Program-made: the position numbers and the translations under genes
Source of the DNA: an uncultured Oscillospiraceae bacterium
GTDB taxonomy: Bacteria > Bacillota > Clostridia > Saccharofermentanales > UBA5734
NCBI GenBank assembly: GCA_964450865.1
Contig: CAYVHB010000002.1
Location: forward strand, 35,590-99,589
Length of the DNA: 64,000 nt
Direction of reading: 5' to 3'
The notes under the pieces: model-generated
Told to the model about the DNA's origin: nothing
What the model saw: the letters and a program-made list of their open reading frames with translations, nothing else
The model's database searches: none
Shown here: one piece after another, positions 39,296 through 50,459 of the stretch
Layout of the letters: each line of letters starts with the position of its first letter
Position numbering within the stretch: position 1 is the first letter of the stretch

Positions 39296-41359
39296 ATGGT
39301 GGGAAACTACTCGCTGGAATATGCATCCTTGCTGTTTTCGCTGATTGTCCTGATTTATTCTTATGATCGCAACATGGTGCCAACCTTGTCCAACAAGATT
39401 TTTCGCCTCTGTCTCTATACAGTAGTCCTGTCGATCGCGGTCTCCATTTCCTCCTTTTATGCCCTGACCCACATGGCACAGTTTCCTGAGATTGTGCTCC
39501 ATGGTATCGTGATTTTATTTTACCTGCTGACACCTTTGATAACGGTATTATTTCTGATGTACATCATCACGCATCTGCAGGCTGACAGTTCCCGGACCCG
39601 TCTGGTCCTCCGACTGACCACCCTGCCCTTCCTGATCTACAGCTTGCTGGTCCTGACCAATCCGCTCACCCGGCTGATCTATAGACTCGATCCTCCGTAC
39701 GTCTACCAGGCCGGCCAGGGCTTGCTGATTGTCTATTCGACAGTCTATCTCTACATTCTGGCCATGTATGTCATCATCTTGCGCAATCGTCAGGAAATCC
39801 GGCGCAACAGCCAGCTGGTATTCCTTATTTTTCCGATGCTGGCGACGCTCCTCGTTTTTATCCAGCAGTACTTGCCGTCCCTGGTCCTGATCGGCACCGC
39901 ATCGACTTCAGCGCTGCTGATTGTCTACCTTTATCTGCAGAACAAACGCATCGTGACGGATGACCTGACCGATCTGCCCAATCGCAAGGCTTTCTCCCAA
40001 TCACTGGAGCTGGGCCTGAAGCGACGCCAGCATATGGACATCCTGCTGATCAGTCTCGATGATTTCAAGGTCGTCAACAATCAGTTTGGCCAGCCTTATG
40101 GCGACCAGATCCTGCACGAAATCAGCGCCTTCCTAAAGCAGAATATCCCGTTGCAGCAGATCTTCCGTTACGGCGGTGATGAATTCGCTATCATCATTCC
40201 GGAAAAAAGCCGGACCAGTGCCAGAAGCGGACCGGGTGGCCAGACCGAATACCGGCCGGATGGCAAAACCGGAGCCCGGCAGCAAGGTAAGGCGGGAGCC
40301 CGGTGGGATGGCCCCGTCGATAAAGCCGGTTCAAGGCTGACGATTGACCGTCAGGTGGCCCGTTTCATCAAGAGCCGGTTCAGCGAACCCTGGGGCAATG
40401 AACCGGCAACGTGCAAGCTCACCACCAGCATAGCCGTTGCCAGGATTCCTGAACAGGCCAAGACCGTCGAGGACACCATCAGCCTCCTCGAGCATTGCAT
40501 AACCCATTCCAAGGCCAATGGCAAGAGCAAGGTGATTTTCGCCAACGAGACGACTGTTGCCAAAATCCGCCGCCGGAACCAGATTGTGGAAATCCTCAAA
40601 GAGGCTGTCGCCCAGGATCGAATTCAGGTTCATTATCAGCCGATCTACTCAATCCGCGACAAACGCTTTGTCTCGGCGGAGGCCCTGATCAGGCTGAATC
40701 ATCCTGAGCTTGGCATGATTTCACCGGCCGAGTTTATCCCCATCGCAGAGAAAACGGGCCTGATTGTCGAGCTTGGTTACAAGGTGCTCGACAAGGCCTG
40801 CCAGCTGGTGCGCCAGCTTGAGCTGGCCCGGACCGAATTTGATGCCATTTCGGTTAATTTCTCGGTTCTGCAAATGATGCAGGAGGATCTCGTCGAGCGG
40901 GTTCTGGCGATCATCCGGCAGAATCAGGTTGATCCGAAGCGGATTCATATTGAGATCACCGAAAGCCTGTTCACCGAGCGTTATGATACGATCCGGAAAA
41001 TCATGGATGAACTCTTTCGGCATGGCATACTGTTCTATCTGGATGATTTTGGCATCGGCTATTCCAATATCGCCACCATGATTGATCTGCCAATCAAATA
41101 TATCAAACTGGATAAAAGCCTCCTGTACCGGGCCCAGAACATGGACAAGTCCTTCCATGTGATCGCGGCGCTAGCCCGGGCCTTTTCTGACAGCGATATC
41201 AAGGTAGTCATCGAGGGTGTTGAAAATCTGCGTCATCAGAGCCTCGCTGACCAGCTCTGTGCCGATTATATTCAGGGTTATCTCCTGGCCCGGCCGCTGA
41301 CTGATCATGAAGTGATTGAATACCTGAATGGACCGGTGGTCATGACGGGTGGAGAATGA
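39296..41359 (+). CDS. membrane-bound GGDEF-EAL protein (diguanylate cyclase/phosphodiesterase)
   Basis: About 7 N-terminal TM helices. GGDEF domain with intact RYGGDEFAII. EAL domain with EALIRL, EITES and DDFGIGYS. A ~50-aa low-complexity insertion lies inside the GGDEF domain. Confidence 0.9.
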   Translation: MVGNYSLEYASLLFSLIVLIYSYDRNMVPTLSNKIFRLCLYTVVLSIAVSISSFYALTHMAQFPEIVLHGIVILFYLLTPLITVLFLMYIITHLQADSSRTRLVLRLTTLPFLIYSLLVLTNPLTRLIYRLDPPYVYQAGQGLLIVYSTVYLYILAMYVIILRNRQEIRRNSQLVFLIFPMLATLLVFIQQYLPSLVLIGTASTSALLIVYLYLQNKRIVTDDLTDLPNRKAFSQSLELGLKRRQHMDILLISLDDFKVVNNQFGQPYGDQILHEISAFLKQNIPLQQIFRYGGDEFAIIIPEKSRTSARSGPGGQTEYRPDGKTGARQQGKAGARWDGPVDKAGSRLTIDRQVARFIKSRFSEPWGNEPATCKLTTSIAVARIPEQAKTVEDTISLLEHCITHSKANGKSKVIFANETTVAKIRRRNQIVEILKEAVAQDRIQVHYQPIYSIRDKRFVSAEALIRLNHPELGMISPAEFIPIAEKTGLIVELGYKVLDKACQLVRQLELARTEFDAISVNFSVLQMMQEDLVERVLAIIRQNQVDPKRIHIEITESLFTERYDTIRKIMDELFRHGILFYLDDFGIGYSNIATMIDLPIKYIKLDKSLLYRAQNMDKSFHVIAALARAFSDSDIKVVIEGVENLRHQSLADQLCADYIQGYLLARPLTDHEVIEYLNGPVVMTGGE

Positions 41360-44301
41360 TGAATAATCCCTTTAATCACCAGCAATGGGCCGACTTTTTC
41401 TGGCAGCTGCCATTTGCTGCATCCTATAACCATATTCTATACAGTCCGGATGGCTTGCCGTCTGACTATGAATTCATGGCGGTGAACCAGGCCTACGAAA
41501 AAATGACCGGCTTGCCGGCAGCCACGCTGCCGGGCCAGCGGTTCTCGGCGTTTTTTCAGGGGAGCGATGGGGTCAATGCCAATCTATGGATGACGGCATT
41601 CAGGGAGATCGCTGATACCGGCCAGCCGACCCGGGTTGATATATACTACAGCCAGATTTCCAAATGGCTGCGGATTGATTTGTTTCCGGTCAGCCGGGAT
41701 TATTTTGCGTGTATTTTTATTGATGTCACCACTGAATATGCGCTGGCCGAGGATAAAACAGTCATGTCCGGCTTTGAGGCCATTTTCACGACCAGCCCGG
41801 CCCCGATTTCTATTACCTGCAAGGGTTTCTATATTGAGGTCAATCCGGCATTTTGTGAATTGTTCGGCTATACGCGCGAGGCGGTGCTGGGCCAGAGCAT
41901 TGCCGATCTGGACATCGTAGTCGACGAAACGGCTTACCGCCAGTTCCAGGCAGATTACGTCGCCCAGGGATTCCTGAAGAACATTGAATTGAATGTGCGC
42001 TGCCGGTCGGGCAGGATATTGACCGGCCTTTTTTCCTCGCGGCCCATCGATTACCGGGGCCAGACCTGCGTACTGATGATCATGCATGATATCACTGAGC
42101 TCAAGGCCATGACCTCGCAGCTGATGCGGGAAAAGCAGCGGCTCCATGATGTCATCGAAAGCAGCAATATCGGCACATGGGAATGGAATGTCCAGACCGG
42201 TGAGGTTGTTTTCAATGAACGATGGGCGCAGATGATCGGCTATACTTTGGACGAACTGCAGCCAGTCAGCATTGATACCTGGTCCAGGATGGCCCATCCT
42301 GATGATCTGAAAGCCTCAACAGCGGCGCTGGACAAACATTTCCGCGGGGAAACGGATCAATACGATTTCGAATCCAGGATCCGCCACAAAGACGGACACT
42401 GGGTCTGGATCATTGACCGGGGCAAGGTCATCCGCTGGACAGCTGATGGCAAGCCGTCGATCATGTTCGGTACGCATTTCGATATCACGCGCCGCAAGCA
42501 GGCCGAGGAGGCCCTGGCCGAGAGCAAGAAGCGGCTCAAGGAAAGCCAGGTCATCGAGCGGTTCTTTGCCGTCAACCCGGACCTGATGTGCGTGATTGAC
42601 GGGGACGCGACCATCCTGCGCCTGAATCAGGCCTGGTCGGATGTCCTGGGCTATTCACTGATGGAGCTCAAGCACAATCCATTCTATGCCTTCGTCCACC
42701 CCGAAGACCTGGCTGCTACCCTGGATATGCTGCATGACTTGAGCGAGCAGCGGCCGGTGGTCAATTTCGTCAATCGCTATCGGGCGGTGGACGGTCATTA
42801 TCGCTATTTTGAATGGAAAGCCCATCCATATGGCAAGATCTTCTACGCCACAGCCCGTGATATAACGGAAAAAATGATCAAGGAAAGGGAACTCGAGGGC
42901 TACCGGCTGCATCTGGAGGCCATGGTCGCCTCCCGCACGGCTGAGCTGGAAAACGCCAGGGTGGTCGCGGAAGCGGCCCGCGCTGAAGCAGAAATTGCCA
43001 ACCAGGCCAAGAGCAATTTCCTCTCCAACATGAGCCATGAAATCCGGACCCCGATGAATGCCATCATTGGCTACGCGCATTTGCTGACGCAAGATCCCCT
43101 GACCGCGAGCCAGCTGGATGCCATCGATAAAATGTCAACGGCTGCCCGGCATTTGTTGCAGATCATCAACGATGTGCTGGATATTTCCAAGATCGAAGCC
43201 AATAAAATCAGCCTCGACCAGCATGATTTCAGTCCGGCCAAGGTCATCCGGGATATTCAAGCCATTCTGGCGGAAAGTGCCGATTTCCGCAAACTGGCTG
43301 TCGTCGATGATTTGCGGGACCTGCCGGAACTGGTACGCGGTGATAGCGTCCGCCTCGGTCAGATCATCCTCAATCTGCTTGGCAATGCCATCAAATTCAC
43401 CGAAACAGGCCAGATAACCATTCGCGCCTTCGTTGTAGCCAGGAACGCGAAGACCGGATTGCCATTGACTTCTGGCCGGACGAAACCAGCGGCTGCCCCG
43501 GCCCGGACCCTTGCGCCGGCAAGCACACCGGCAGCCCTGAACCCTGCTGCCTGGGAGCCCGGGGCAATGATGCCGGTGGGGGCTGAGTACGAAGACGAGG
43601 TCATGATCCGCTTTGAAATCGCTGACACCGGCATTGGCTTGACAGCTGCCCAGATCCAGCATCTGTTCCGCAATTTTGAACAGGCCGACAGTTCCATCAC
43701 GCGCCTTTATGGTGGAACCGGCCTGGGCCTTGCCATCAGCAGCCGGCTGGTCGAGCTGATGGGTGGCCGGATCGGCGTTGAAAGTGAACTGGGACGAGGC
43801 AGCACGTTCTGGTTTGAAATCCCCTTTATCAGCATCCAGGCAACCCGGCCTGACGCAAGCGCCCAGGTGCGCAACTATTACCAGCGTGAAATGCACCGGC
43901 GGTTCGGAGCCCATATCTTGCTTGTTGAGGATAATCCGATCAACCAGGAAGTGACACGTCTGCTGCTTGAGGCCGACGGGATGCAGATAGCCGTGGCCGA
44001 GAATGGCCTGATTGCCGTTGAGATGGTCCGCCAGCATCCGTATGACTTGATTCTATGCGATATTCAGATGCCCGTGATGGATGGTGTACAGGCTACACGT
44101 GAAATCCGCAAGCTGCCGGATCGGCATACTGTGCCGATTATTGCCCTGACAGCCGTTGTTTTTGAAGAAGACCGCCAGAATTACCTCGCAGCCGGCATGA
44201 ATGACTTCCTGGGCAAGCCGGTCACGCCTGAAGCGCTGCAGCGGATCCTGATCAAATGGCTGACGCCCGGCAAATATCATCGCCAGGCGCCAGCAGAATG
44301 A
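41356..44301 (+). CDS. PAS/PAC-containing hybrid sensor histidine kinase / response regulator
   Basis: Its start overlaps the upstream stop (ATGA). It has several PAS/PAC units and the H-box [11 protein letters not shown]. The N box is LLGNAIKFT and the G boxes are DTGIGL and GGTGLGL. The C-terminal receiver has [11 protein letters not shown] and [14 protein letters not shown]. Confidence 0.92.
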   Translation: MMNNPFNHQQWADFFWQLPFAASYNHILYSPDGLPSDYEFMAVNQAYEKMTGLPAATLPGQRFSAFFQGSDGVNANLWMTAFREIADTGQPTRVDIYYSQISKWLRIDLFPVSRDYFACIFIDVTTEYALAEDKTVMSGFEAIFTTSPAPISITCKGFYIEVNPAFCELFGYTREAVLGQSIADLDIVVDETAYRQFQADYVAQGFLKNIELNVRCRSGRILTGLFSSRPIDYRGQTCVLMIMHDITELKAMTSQLMREKQRLHDVIESSNIGTWEWNVQTGEVVFNERWAQMIGYTLDELQPVSIDTWSRMAHPDDLKASTAALDKHFRGETDQYDFESRIRHKDGHWVWIIDRGKVIRWTADGKPSIMFGTHFDITRRKQAEEALAESKKRLKESQVIERFFAVNPDLMCVIDGDATILRLNQAWSDVLGYSLMELKHNPFYAFVHPEDLAATLDMLHDLSEQRPVVNFVNRYRAVDGHYRYFEWKAHPYGKIFYATARDITEKMIKERELEGYRLHLEAMVASRTAELENARVVAEAARAEAEIANQAKSNFLSNMSHEIRTPMNAIIGYAHLLTQDPLTASQLDAIDKMSTAARHLLQIINDVLDISKIEANKISLDQHDFSPAKVIRDIQAILAESADFRKLAVVDDLRDLPELVRGDSVRLGQIILNLLGNAIKFTETGQITIRAFVVARNAKTGLPLTSGRTKPAAAPARTLAPASTPAALNPAAWEPGAMMPVGAEYEDEVMIRFEIADTGIGLTAAQIQHLFRNFEQADSSITRLYGGTGLGLAISSRLVELMGGRIGVESELGRGSTFWFEIPFISIQATRPDASAQVRNYYQREMHRRFGAHILLVEDNPINQEVTRLLLEADGMQIAVAENGLIAVEMVRQHPYDLILCDIQMPVMDGVQATREIRKLPDRHTVPIIALTAVVFEEDRQNYLAAGMNDFLGKPVTPEALQRILIKWLTPGKYHRQAPAE

Positions 44302-44315
44302 GTGTGGGGGAAATG

Positions 44316-44651
44316 TCAGAAAACGACGGTCAGCATCCATTTGAAGTCTGTTTCGGCGGAAATGGCATGAGGCAGGCCAGCCGGCATGACCATGCTTTCC
44401 CCGGGCTGCAGCAGATAATCCTGACCATTGACCGTAAAACGGCCCGTACCTTCAAAAACTGTAACCAGGGCATCACCCTCTGATTTGTGGGAACTGATTT
44501 CTTCGCCCTGGGCAAAGGCAAACAGGGTGACGCTGACAGCCTTGTTCTGGACCAATGTTTTGCTGACAACCTGGCCGGGTGCTGCTGCGACCAGATCCTT
44601 GAGCTGCAGTATTTTTTCGTGTTCAATGTTTTTCAATAACGCCATTGTCAA
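44316..44651 (-). CDS. cupin domain-containing protein
   Basis: 111 aa. It has the two cupin motifs G.EISSHKSEGDALVTVFEG and PAGLPHA. Confidence 0.8.
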   Translation of the reverse strand: MTMALLKNIEHEKILQLKDLVAAAPGQVVSKTLVQNKAVSVTLFAFAQGEEISSHKSEGDALVTVFEGTGRFTVNGQDYLLQPGESMVMPAGLPHAISAETDFKWMLTVVF

Positions 44652-44814
44652 ACCTCCTGATATTAATCGCTGATCTATACAATACCATGAAACAATATCA
44701 TGAAATGGCGATCGTTTTCGTAGCTATAAATACGAACTGCTCCAATGACCTGGCCAGCCTGCATCAAGCAGGCCAGCCTGGCGACTGTCAGGTAGACGGC
44801 CAACCGGGCGGTTA

Positions 44815-45846
44815 TCAGGCAAACGGATAGAGAATGACCTCCATGGCCTGGCCTTTGCGCATGGCTTCCAGGCCAATCGGGAAATCACGCAGTGGCATCT
44901 GATGCGTCACCAGGTTCTCGAAATCAACGACATTGTTCTCGAGGGAGTTGACGACGTTGACCAGGGTGTTCAAGCCGATGAAGTTACCATAGATCGTGAT
45001 ACCGCGGGCCGTGATGCTGTTTTGCGAGATCTCCTGCCTGGCCTTGGCGTTCATGCCAAAGAGCAGGATTGAGCCGCCATTCTTGACCGTGGCGATGGCA
45101 TCATTGATGAGTACACCTACCGCATCGATGACAATATCCGCACCCACACCCCGGGTCTCGGCCAGCACGGCTGCCTTCAGGTCTTCCTTGTCGGGTGAAA
45201 TGATCCGTGTTGCCCCCTGTTTGCGGGCAAATTCCTTGCGGAATTCAGATATTTCCGATACCAGGATCTTCCCGGCTCCCGAGGCGCGCATCAGGCCCGC
45301 AAAGTACAGGCCGATCGGACCGCCGCCCAGGATAAGTACCGTGTCGCCGGGCATGACCTTCAGCTTTTTCATCGCGCCCATGACACAATTCAAGGGCTCG
45401 GCAAAAATGGCCTTGGCCAGCGGCAGCCCGGCGCTGACCTTGACCAGCGCCTGTTCCGGGAAAACCGCATACTGGGCAAAAACACCGTCAATATGAACGC
45501 CCATCGAGGCCATGTTCTGACACAGATTCGAATTGCCGCCCAGGCAGGCCGGGCAAATTCCGCAGGGCAGGTTGTTGTCGGCTACCACGCGGTCACCGGC
45601 CTGGAAGGCTTTGACCCGCTCGCCGACTTCAACGATCTCGCCGACGCATTCATGGCCGAGAATAATACCCGGATTGGCGATAACCCCTGGTGGGTTGGAT
45701 AAAATGTGGACATCCGTACCGCAGATACTGGCAGCGAGGATTTTGACCAGGACTTCGTTTGGAGCAGAAATTGCCGGAATGGGACGTTGGGTGATTTCAT
45801 ATTGCCCAGGCTGAGTGAAAACAACAGCATCCATTGAAAGATTCAT
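44815..45846 (-). CDS. zinc-dependent alcohol/polyol dehydrogenase (MDR family)
   Basis: Trimmed to ATG 45846, after AAAGGAG. Motifs are CGTDVH, GHECVGEIVEVG, the structural-zinc CGICPACLGG, and the Rossmann ILGGGPIGLY. Confidence 0.9.
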   Translation of the reverse strand: MNLSMDAVVFTQPGQYEITQRPIPAISAPNEVLVKILAASICGTDVHILSNPPGVIANPGIILGHECVGEIVEVGERVKAFQAGDRVVADNNLPCGICPACLGGNSNLCQNMASMGVHIDGVFAQYAVFPEQALVKVSAGLPLAKAIFAEPLNCVMGAMKKLKVMPGDTVLILGGGPIGLYFAGLMRASGAGKILVSEISEFRKEFARKQGATRIISPDKEDLKAAVLAETRGVGADIVIDAVGVLINDAIATVKNGGSILLFGMNAKARQEISQNSITARGITIYGNFIGLNTLVNVVNSLENNVVDFENLVTHQMPLRDFPIGLEAMRKGQAMEVILYPFA

Positions 45847-46033
45847 CGAGAAAACTCCTTTAACCCGTCTTAATGACGATAGAAATGGCATAGCAAGCCT
45901 GACGTCATGGGGATAAGCCACGACATCGGCGTTGCCTGACCAGGCCAGGCGCCCAATGGCCCAGCCTGATCATGGCATGCCCGATCAGATATTTTGTCTG
46001 GATATTACGAATTGTGCTGATGCAGATAGGATA

Positions 46034-47047
46034 TTACGAATTACGCTGCTGCAGATAGGCCTCGTGCAGCTTCAGGCAGAATTCAAGGCTTTTCGTCCCA
46101 TCCTGGGCCGTCGTCTCCGGATCCCGGCCAGTCTGGACACAGTCAACGAAATCAGCCATTTCCCCGTAGAAGGCATCGCCCCAGCGGGCCAGGAAACTTT
46201 CCTGGCAGGCTTCGAGAATGCCGTCATCCGTAAACTGGGTGACATAGTTCTTTCTGGGCAGGCTGTTGACCCGCAAAGTACCCCTGGTGCCAACAATCTC
46301 GGACTCGACATGGCTGCAGGTATGGGTCCGGCCGACCTGGATGTAAGCTGTCGCCTGGTTATCAAACCTGGTCAGGGAGAAGCCGTTGTCATAGTCATCG
46401 TAGTCGGCAAGCTCGGTACAGACATAGGCACCGCCCGTCGCGAAGACTTCCTGCGGCTCGCCTTCGAGGAACCAGCGGGCCAGGTCGGTATCATGGCTGC
46501 CCATTTCGATAAACCACGGTACATAAATGTCGCGCTTGACGCCGTCGAGGTGACTGTCCAGAACGGAAGCCGGATCAAGGCTGACACCTTTGAAGAGAAT
46601 CGGCCGGCCGATCTGGCCGGCTTTGATCCTGGCTTTGGCCTCGGCATAGGACGGATCAAAGCGCCGCATGAAACCAACGGTGAATTTCTTGTCCTTGTTG
46701 GCAGCCACGGCTGCCTCGACAGCCAGGCAATCCTCGATCGTCTTGGCCAGCGGCTTCTCGCAGAAGATGTGCTTTTGCGCCTGGCAGGCCTTGACGCACT
46801 GTTCCTTGTGGGCATCAGCGCCCGTTGCGATAACGATCGCGTCAATATCCGGATTTTGCAGCATGTCGTCATAACTGGTATATCCGAACGGGATCTGGAA
46901 TTCCGCCTGGACCTGCCTGACCTTGTCCTCATGCCGGGCACAAACGGCAATGACTTCTGCCCCGGGAATTCTCTGCTGCAGGTTGGCAATATGCTGCCGC
47001 CCCATGCCGCCAATGCCGACAACACCGAAACGAATCTTTTTCATCAT
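46034..47047 (-). CDS. Gfo/Idh/MocA-family oxidoreductase, inositol 2-dehydrogenase (IolG)-like
   Basis: 337 aa. It has the N-terminal Rossmann IRFGVVGIGGMGRQH and the CEKPLA motif. Confidence 0.85.
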   Translation of the reverse strand: MMKKIRFGVVGIGGMGRQHIANLQQRIPGAEVIAVCARHEDKVRQVQAEFQIPFGYTSYDDMLQNPDIDAIVIATGADAHKEQCVKACQAQKHIFCEKPLAKTIEDCLAVEAAVAANKDKKFTVGFMRRFDPSYAEAKARIKAGQIGRPILFKGVSLDPASVLDSHLDGVKRDIYVPWFIEMGSHDTDLARWFLEGEPQEVFATGGAYVCTELADYDDYDNGFSLTRFDNQATAYIQVGRTHTCSHVESEIVGTRGTLRVNSLPRKNYVTQFTDDGILEACQESFLARWGDAFYGEMADFVDCVQTGRDPETTAQDGTKSLEFCLKLHEAYLQQRNS

Positions 47048-47119
47048 CTTGTCCTCCGCTTGTCCACCGATTGGTTGTGGATGCTTGCATCCAGGGCCTT
47101 CTCTCCGAAATCAGCCTGG

Positions 47120-48007
47120 TTAATCGGCAAAGCCGATGCTCTGCAGATAGGCGAGGGTTCTCCGGGCAACTGGCAGCGGCTTGTCCGCCGGGGCCGGGTA
47201 CATGTCCTGCTCGACAATCGCCCAGCCATCGAACTGGTTTGCTTTCAGGCTATCACGAATCGCCGGGAAATCGATACCGCCACGACCGGCCTCGACCATG
47301 ATGCCCCGTTCGATCGCCGCGGCAAAACTCAGGTTTTCACGATCCTTCTCGGCCCGGATGGCCAGGTTGCAGTCCTTGATGTGCAGGTATTTGACACGGT
47401 CAGCGTGGCGCCGCAGGAATCCGACCGGGTCACCGCCCGCATAGGCATGATGGCCGGTGTCGAGGCAGAGATCAATGTCCACTTCAGCCAGCAGGCGTTC
47501 GATCTGGGCCTCGGTTTCAACATGGGTCTCGCCATGGGGATGAAAGTAGACGGTCAGGCCATAGCGGTCGCGGGCCCGGTCACGAATGCGGCGCACTCCA
47601 TCGGTCAGGACCTGCCAGGCTGCCTCATCGAGCTGCTTCGGGCTGGTCAGTGCGCCGGTCCAGAGATCGGAGTAGGTATTGTCCATCAGGATCACGACCC
47701 TGGTCTCGGGGAAGGACTGCAACAGGGCCGCCATCTGGTCAAGCGTCGGGATGATCACGTTATCGATATTCTCCCGCGAGGAGAGATCGCTCATGATTGT
47801 GGTCGAGACCAGCTGCAGCTCACGGGCGGCCAGGGCCTGGCGCAAGGCTGCAGCCTCGGTCGGGAGGTATCCCCAGGGGCCAAGTTCCAGCGCCTTGTAG
47901 CCGGCATTGGCCATTTCATCCAGACAGGTCTGCCAGTTGACCTGCTTGTCATCTTGCGGGAACCAGATGCCCCAGGAGTCGGGACAGGTACCAATTTTAA
48001 TTGCCAT
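47120..48007 (-). CDS. xylose-isomerase-like TIM-barrel protein, IolE (inosose dehydratase)-like
   Basis: 295 aa. Blocks align by eye with B. subtilis IolE. [20 protein letters not shown] aligns with [32 protein letters not shown] aligns with [20 protein letters not shown]...DGWAIVEQD aligns with GCIDFREV...SGWIVIEAEQD. Confidence 0.8.
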   Translation of the reverse strand: [295 protein letters not shown]

Positions 48008-48033
48008 ATCTGTATATTCAACCTTTCTTTTGC

Positions 48034-49164
48034 TTATTCAGCGATTGTGACCCACTGGCCAGACCGGGCTGACTCGATGCAGGCTGCGATGGTGCGGTCG
48101 ACGTGGTAGCCAAATTCAAAGTCGCTCAGATAAGGTTCGCCCTTGAGGACGGCGGCAAACAGCTCCTGGAATTCCAGCACTTTCATGTCATTGAAGCTGA
48201 TGGCAATACCGCCGGCGCCGAAGAAATGCTTGTAACCACCATGATGGGGATTGAGCAGAACCGTACGATAGCCGCGGTCGGCCGGATCATCCGATTTAAA
48301 ATAAACGTTGACTTCCATCATTTTCTCCAGGTTGTAGTGGACGGAGCCGAGGGTGCCCTGGATCTCGAACTGCAGGAAGTTCTTGCGGCCGGTCGCGATG
48401 CGGCTGGTCCCGAGGGTACCAATGGCACCATTGGCATATTCGGCCAGGATCTGGATCACGTCGTCATTCTCGACCTGGACCATCTCCGTTGAGCCGGCTG
48501 TTTTCGGCCGCTCCTTGATAATGGTGCGTGAAACAGCGTTGACAGCGGTGATATCACCCATCAGAGCCTGCGAAATACTGAACAGGTGGGAGCCCAGGTC
48601 GCCGAGGGCGCCGCTGCCGGAAAACTTGTTGATGTGGCGCCAGGTGATGGGTAGCTGCGGATCCAGCAGCATATCCTGGTCATATGTGCCGGTGAAACGA
48701 ACCAGCTGGCCAAGCTTGCCGGACTGGATCAGGCTGCGGATGTAGGCGGTCGCCGGATTGAGCAGGTTGTTGAAGCCGACATAATTGACGACCTGGCGCC
48801 GGGCGGCCAATTCAGCCAGCTCCTGTGATTCGCTGCTGGAGATGCTCAGCGGCTTTTCACAGAAAATGTGCTTGTTGTTCTCAAGCGCTGCCCTGGCCAC
48901 GATATAATGCAGGTGATTCGGTGTGCAGATGTCGACCAGGTCTACATCAGGATCCTTGACCAGTTCGGTCCAGTCGGTCGTCCAGCGTTTGTAGCCAAGT
49001 TTGGTACAGGCCTGCTTCGCGTTTTCCTCGTTAACATCGGCAACCATTTCATAGATCGGTTTGCCCATTTCCGGGCCAAAAAGCATCAGGGCATTGGCTA
49101 TTGAAACCGAGTGATCCTTACCCATCCAGCCAGCGCCAACTAAGCCAATTCGAATTTCCTGCAT
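48034..49164 (-). CDS. Gfo/Idh/MocA-family oxidoreductase
   Basis: Trimmed to ATG 49164, after AAGGAG. It has the Rossmann IRIGLVGAGWMGKDH and the CEKPLS motif. Confidence 0.88.
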   Translation of the reverse strand: MQEIRIGLVGAGWMGKDHSVSIANALMLFGPEMGKPIYEMVADVNEENAKQACTKLGYKRWTTDWTELVKDPDVDLVDICTPNHLHYIVARAALENNKHIFCEKPLSISSSESQELAELAARRQVVNYVGFNNLLNPATAYIRSLIQSGKLGQLVRFTGTYDQDMLLDPQLPITWRHINKFSGSGALGDLGSHLFSISQALMGDITAVNAVSRTIIKERPKTAGSTEMVQVENDDVIQILAEYANGAIGTLGTSRIATGRKNFLQFEIQGTLGSVHYNLEKMMEVNVYFKSDDPADRGYRTVLLNPHHGGYKHFFGAGGIAISFNDMKVLEFQELFAAVLKGEPYLSDFEFGYHVDRTIAACIESARSGQWVTIAE

Positions 49165-49595
49165 GTGTTTTCTCCTTATCCCTGGTGGCCTGATTTTGCG
49201 GCCGACCTGCTGGGGCATGGATTGCTGTCTGATCCATACCCGCCAAACCTGTTTCCGTCTCTCGCCATTCGTTTTTGTTGATATCGTCAAAAGCGATGCA
49301 TGCAAAACGAGCTGTCAAAATCCGTGATCGCCGGAATCAATCGTTTATCATTCCCGGCCATCCATATCGGTTGATTATTGCTGATCAATGATTCGATCGA
49401 CTGATCTTGCCTTTGTGTTTTTATGATATAATAGTCACTGGTGGTTGTCATATCATATAATTGCCGATCTATCAACATATCTTGCTATTGTTCAGATATC
49501 TGTTCCAGTTCCCGGATGACTCCGAATCTGCTGGATCCGGCTGTCAACGATTATCAACAATTTTCAACAATAATACAGGGAAGAGGTCATAGCCG

Positions 49596-50432
49596 ATGAA
49601 CGTTTCGGAACCGGGTGTCCTGCCGGGCTCACAGGTCTATCTGCACATGCCGACAGAATTTGCCCGCCGGCATCTTTTTTACTCTCATATTGGCGGCGCC
49701 TATCACTGTGATGCGCCGTACCAGGTCCAGCGGGACTATCTGGAGTCCTACATTATTTTCCTGGTTACCGAGGGTCAGCTCGATGTGGATTACCGGAGCC
49801 AGCAGCTGCAGGCTGGGCCCGGCCAGGTCGTCGTGCTTGACTGCAAATATCCCCAGACCTACGGGATGAGTCATCCCGGCCAGTTTAAATGGTTTCACTT
49901 TACCGGCAACGCCAGCCAGGCTTATGCCGACCTGCTCTATGCCAGTAAAGGTGCCATCATTGAAGGGGCTGACCCGGCGGTTATCGGGCCGATGATCGAC
50001 CCGATCCTGCAGATGATGGCCGAAGATACTGTCGATGAACATCGCGTATCGAGCCTGGTCCACCAGATTTTTGCCGAACTGCTGTCAACGCGGCATGAAC
50101 CTTATCGTTATGCCGATCCGGTCGTGCGCGCAGCCATTGCCTTCATCGAAAGCCATGCGCGGGAAAATATCACCCTGGAGCAGATTGCCGCCAGTGTCAA
50201 TTTGAGCCCGTTCCATTTTGCAAGAATATTCAAAAAGCATACCGCCTGTACGCCGCATGAATACCTGACCAATACCCGGCTCAAGCAAGCCATGCAGATG
50301 CTCAAGCAGTCACGGCTCTCGCTCGACAACATCGCCGATCAGTGCGGTTTCAATAGCGCGACCCACTTCATCCGCTGCTTTCGCCAGCATCTGGACATGA
50401 CGCCAGGCCAATATCGCCAGTTGCGCTTCTGA
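49596..50432 (+). CDS. AraC-family transcriptional regulator
   Basis: 278 aa. It has an N-terminal cupin-like ligand domain and a C-terminal double HTH (LEQIAASVNLSPFHFARIFKK...FNSATHFIRCFRQH). It is divergent from the dehydrogenase cluster. Confidence 0.92.
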   Translation: MNVSEPGVLPGSQVYLHMPTEFARRHLFYSHIGGAYHCDAPYQVQRDYLESYIIFLVTEGQLDVDYRSQQLQAGPGQVVVLDCKYPQTYGMSHPGQFKWFHFTGNASQAYADLLYASKGAIIEGADPAVIGPMIDPILQMMAEDTVDEHRVSSLVHQIFAELLSTRHEPYRYADPVVRAAIAFIESHARENITLEQIAASVNLSPFHFARIFKKHTACTPHEYLTNTRLKQAMQMLKQSRLSLDNIADQCGFNSATHFIRCFRQHLDMTPGQYRQLRF

Positions 50433-50459
50433 ACATAATGGCCAGCTGCGCTTTACATT

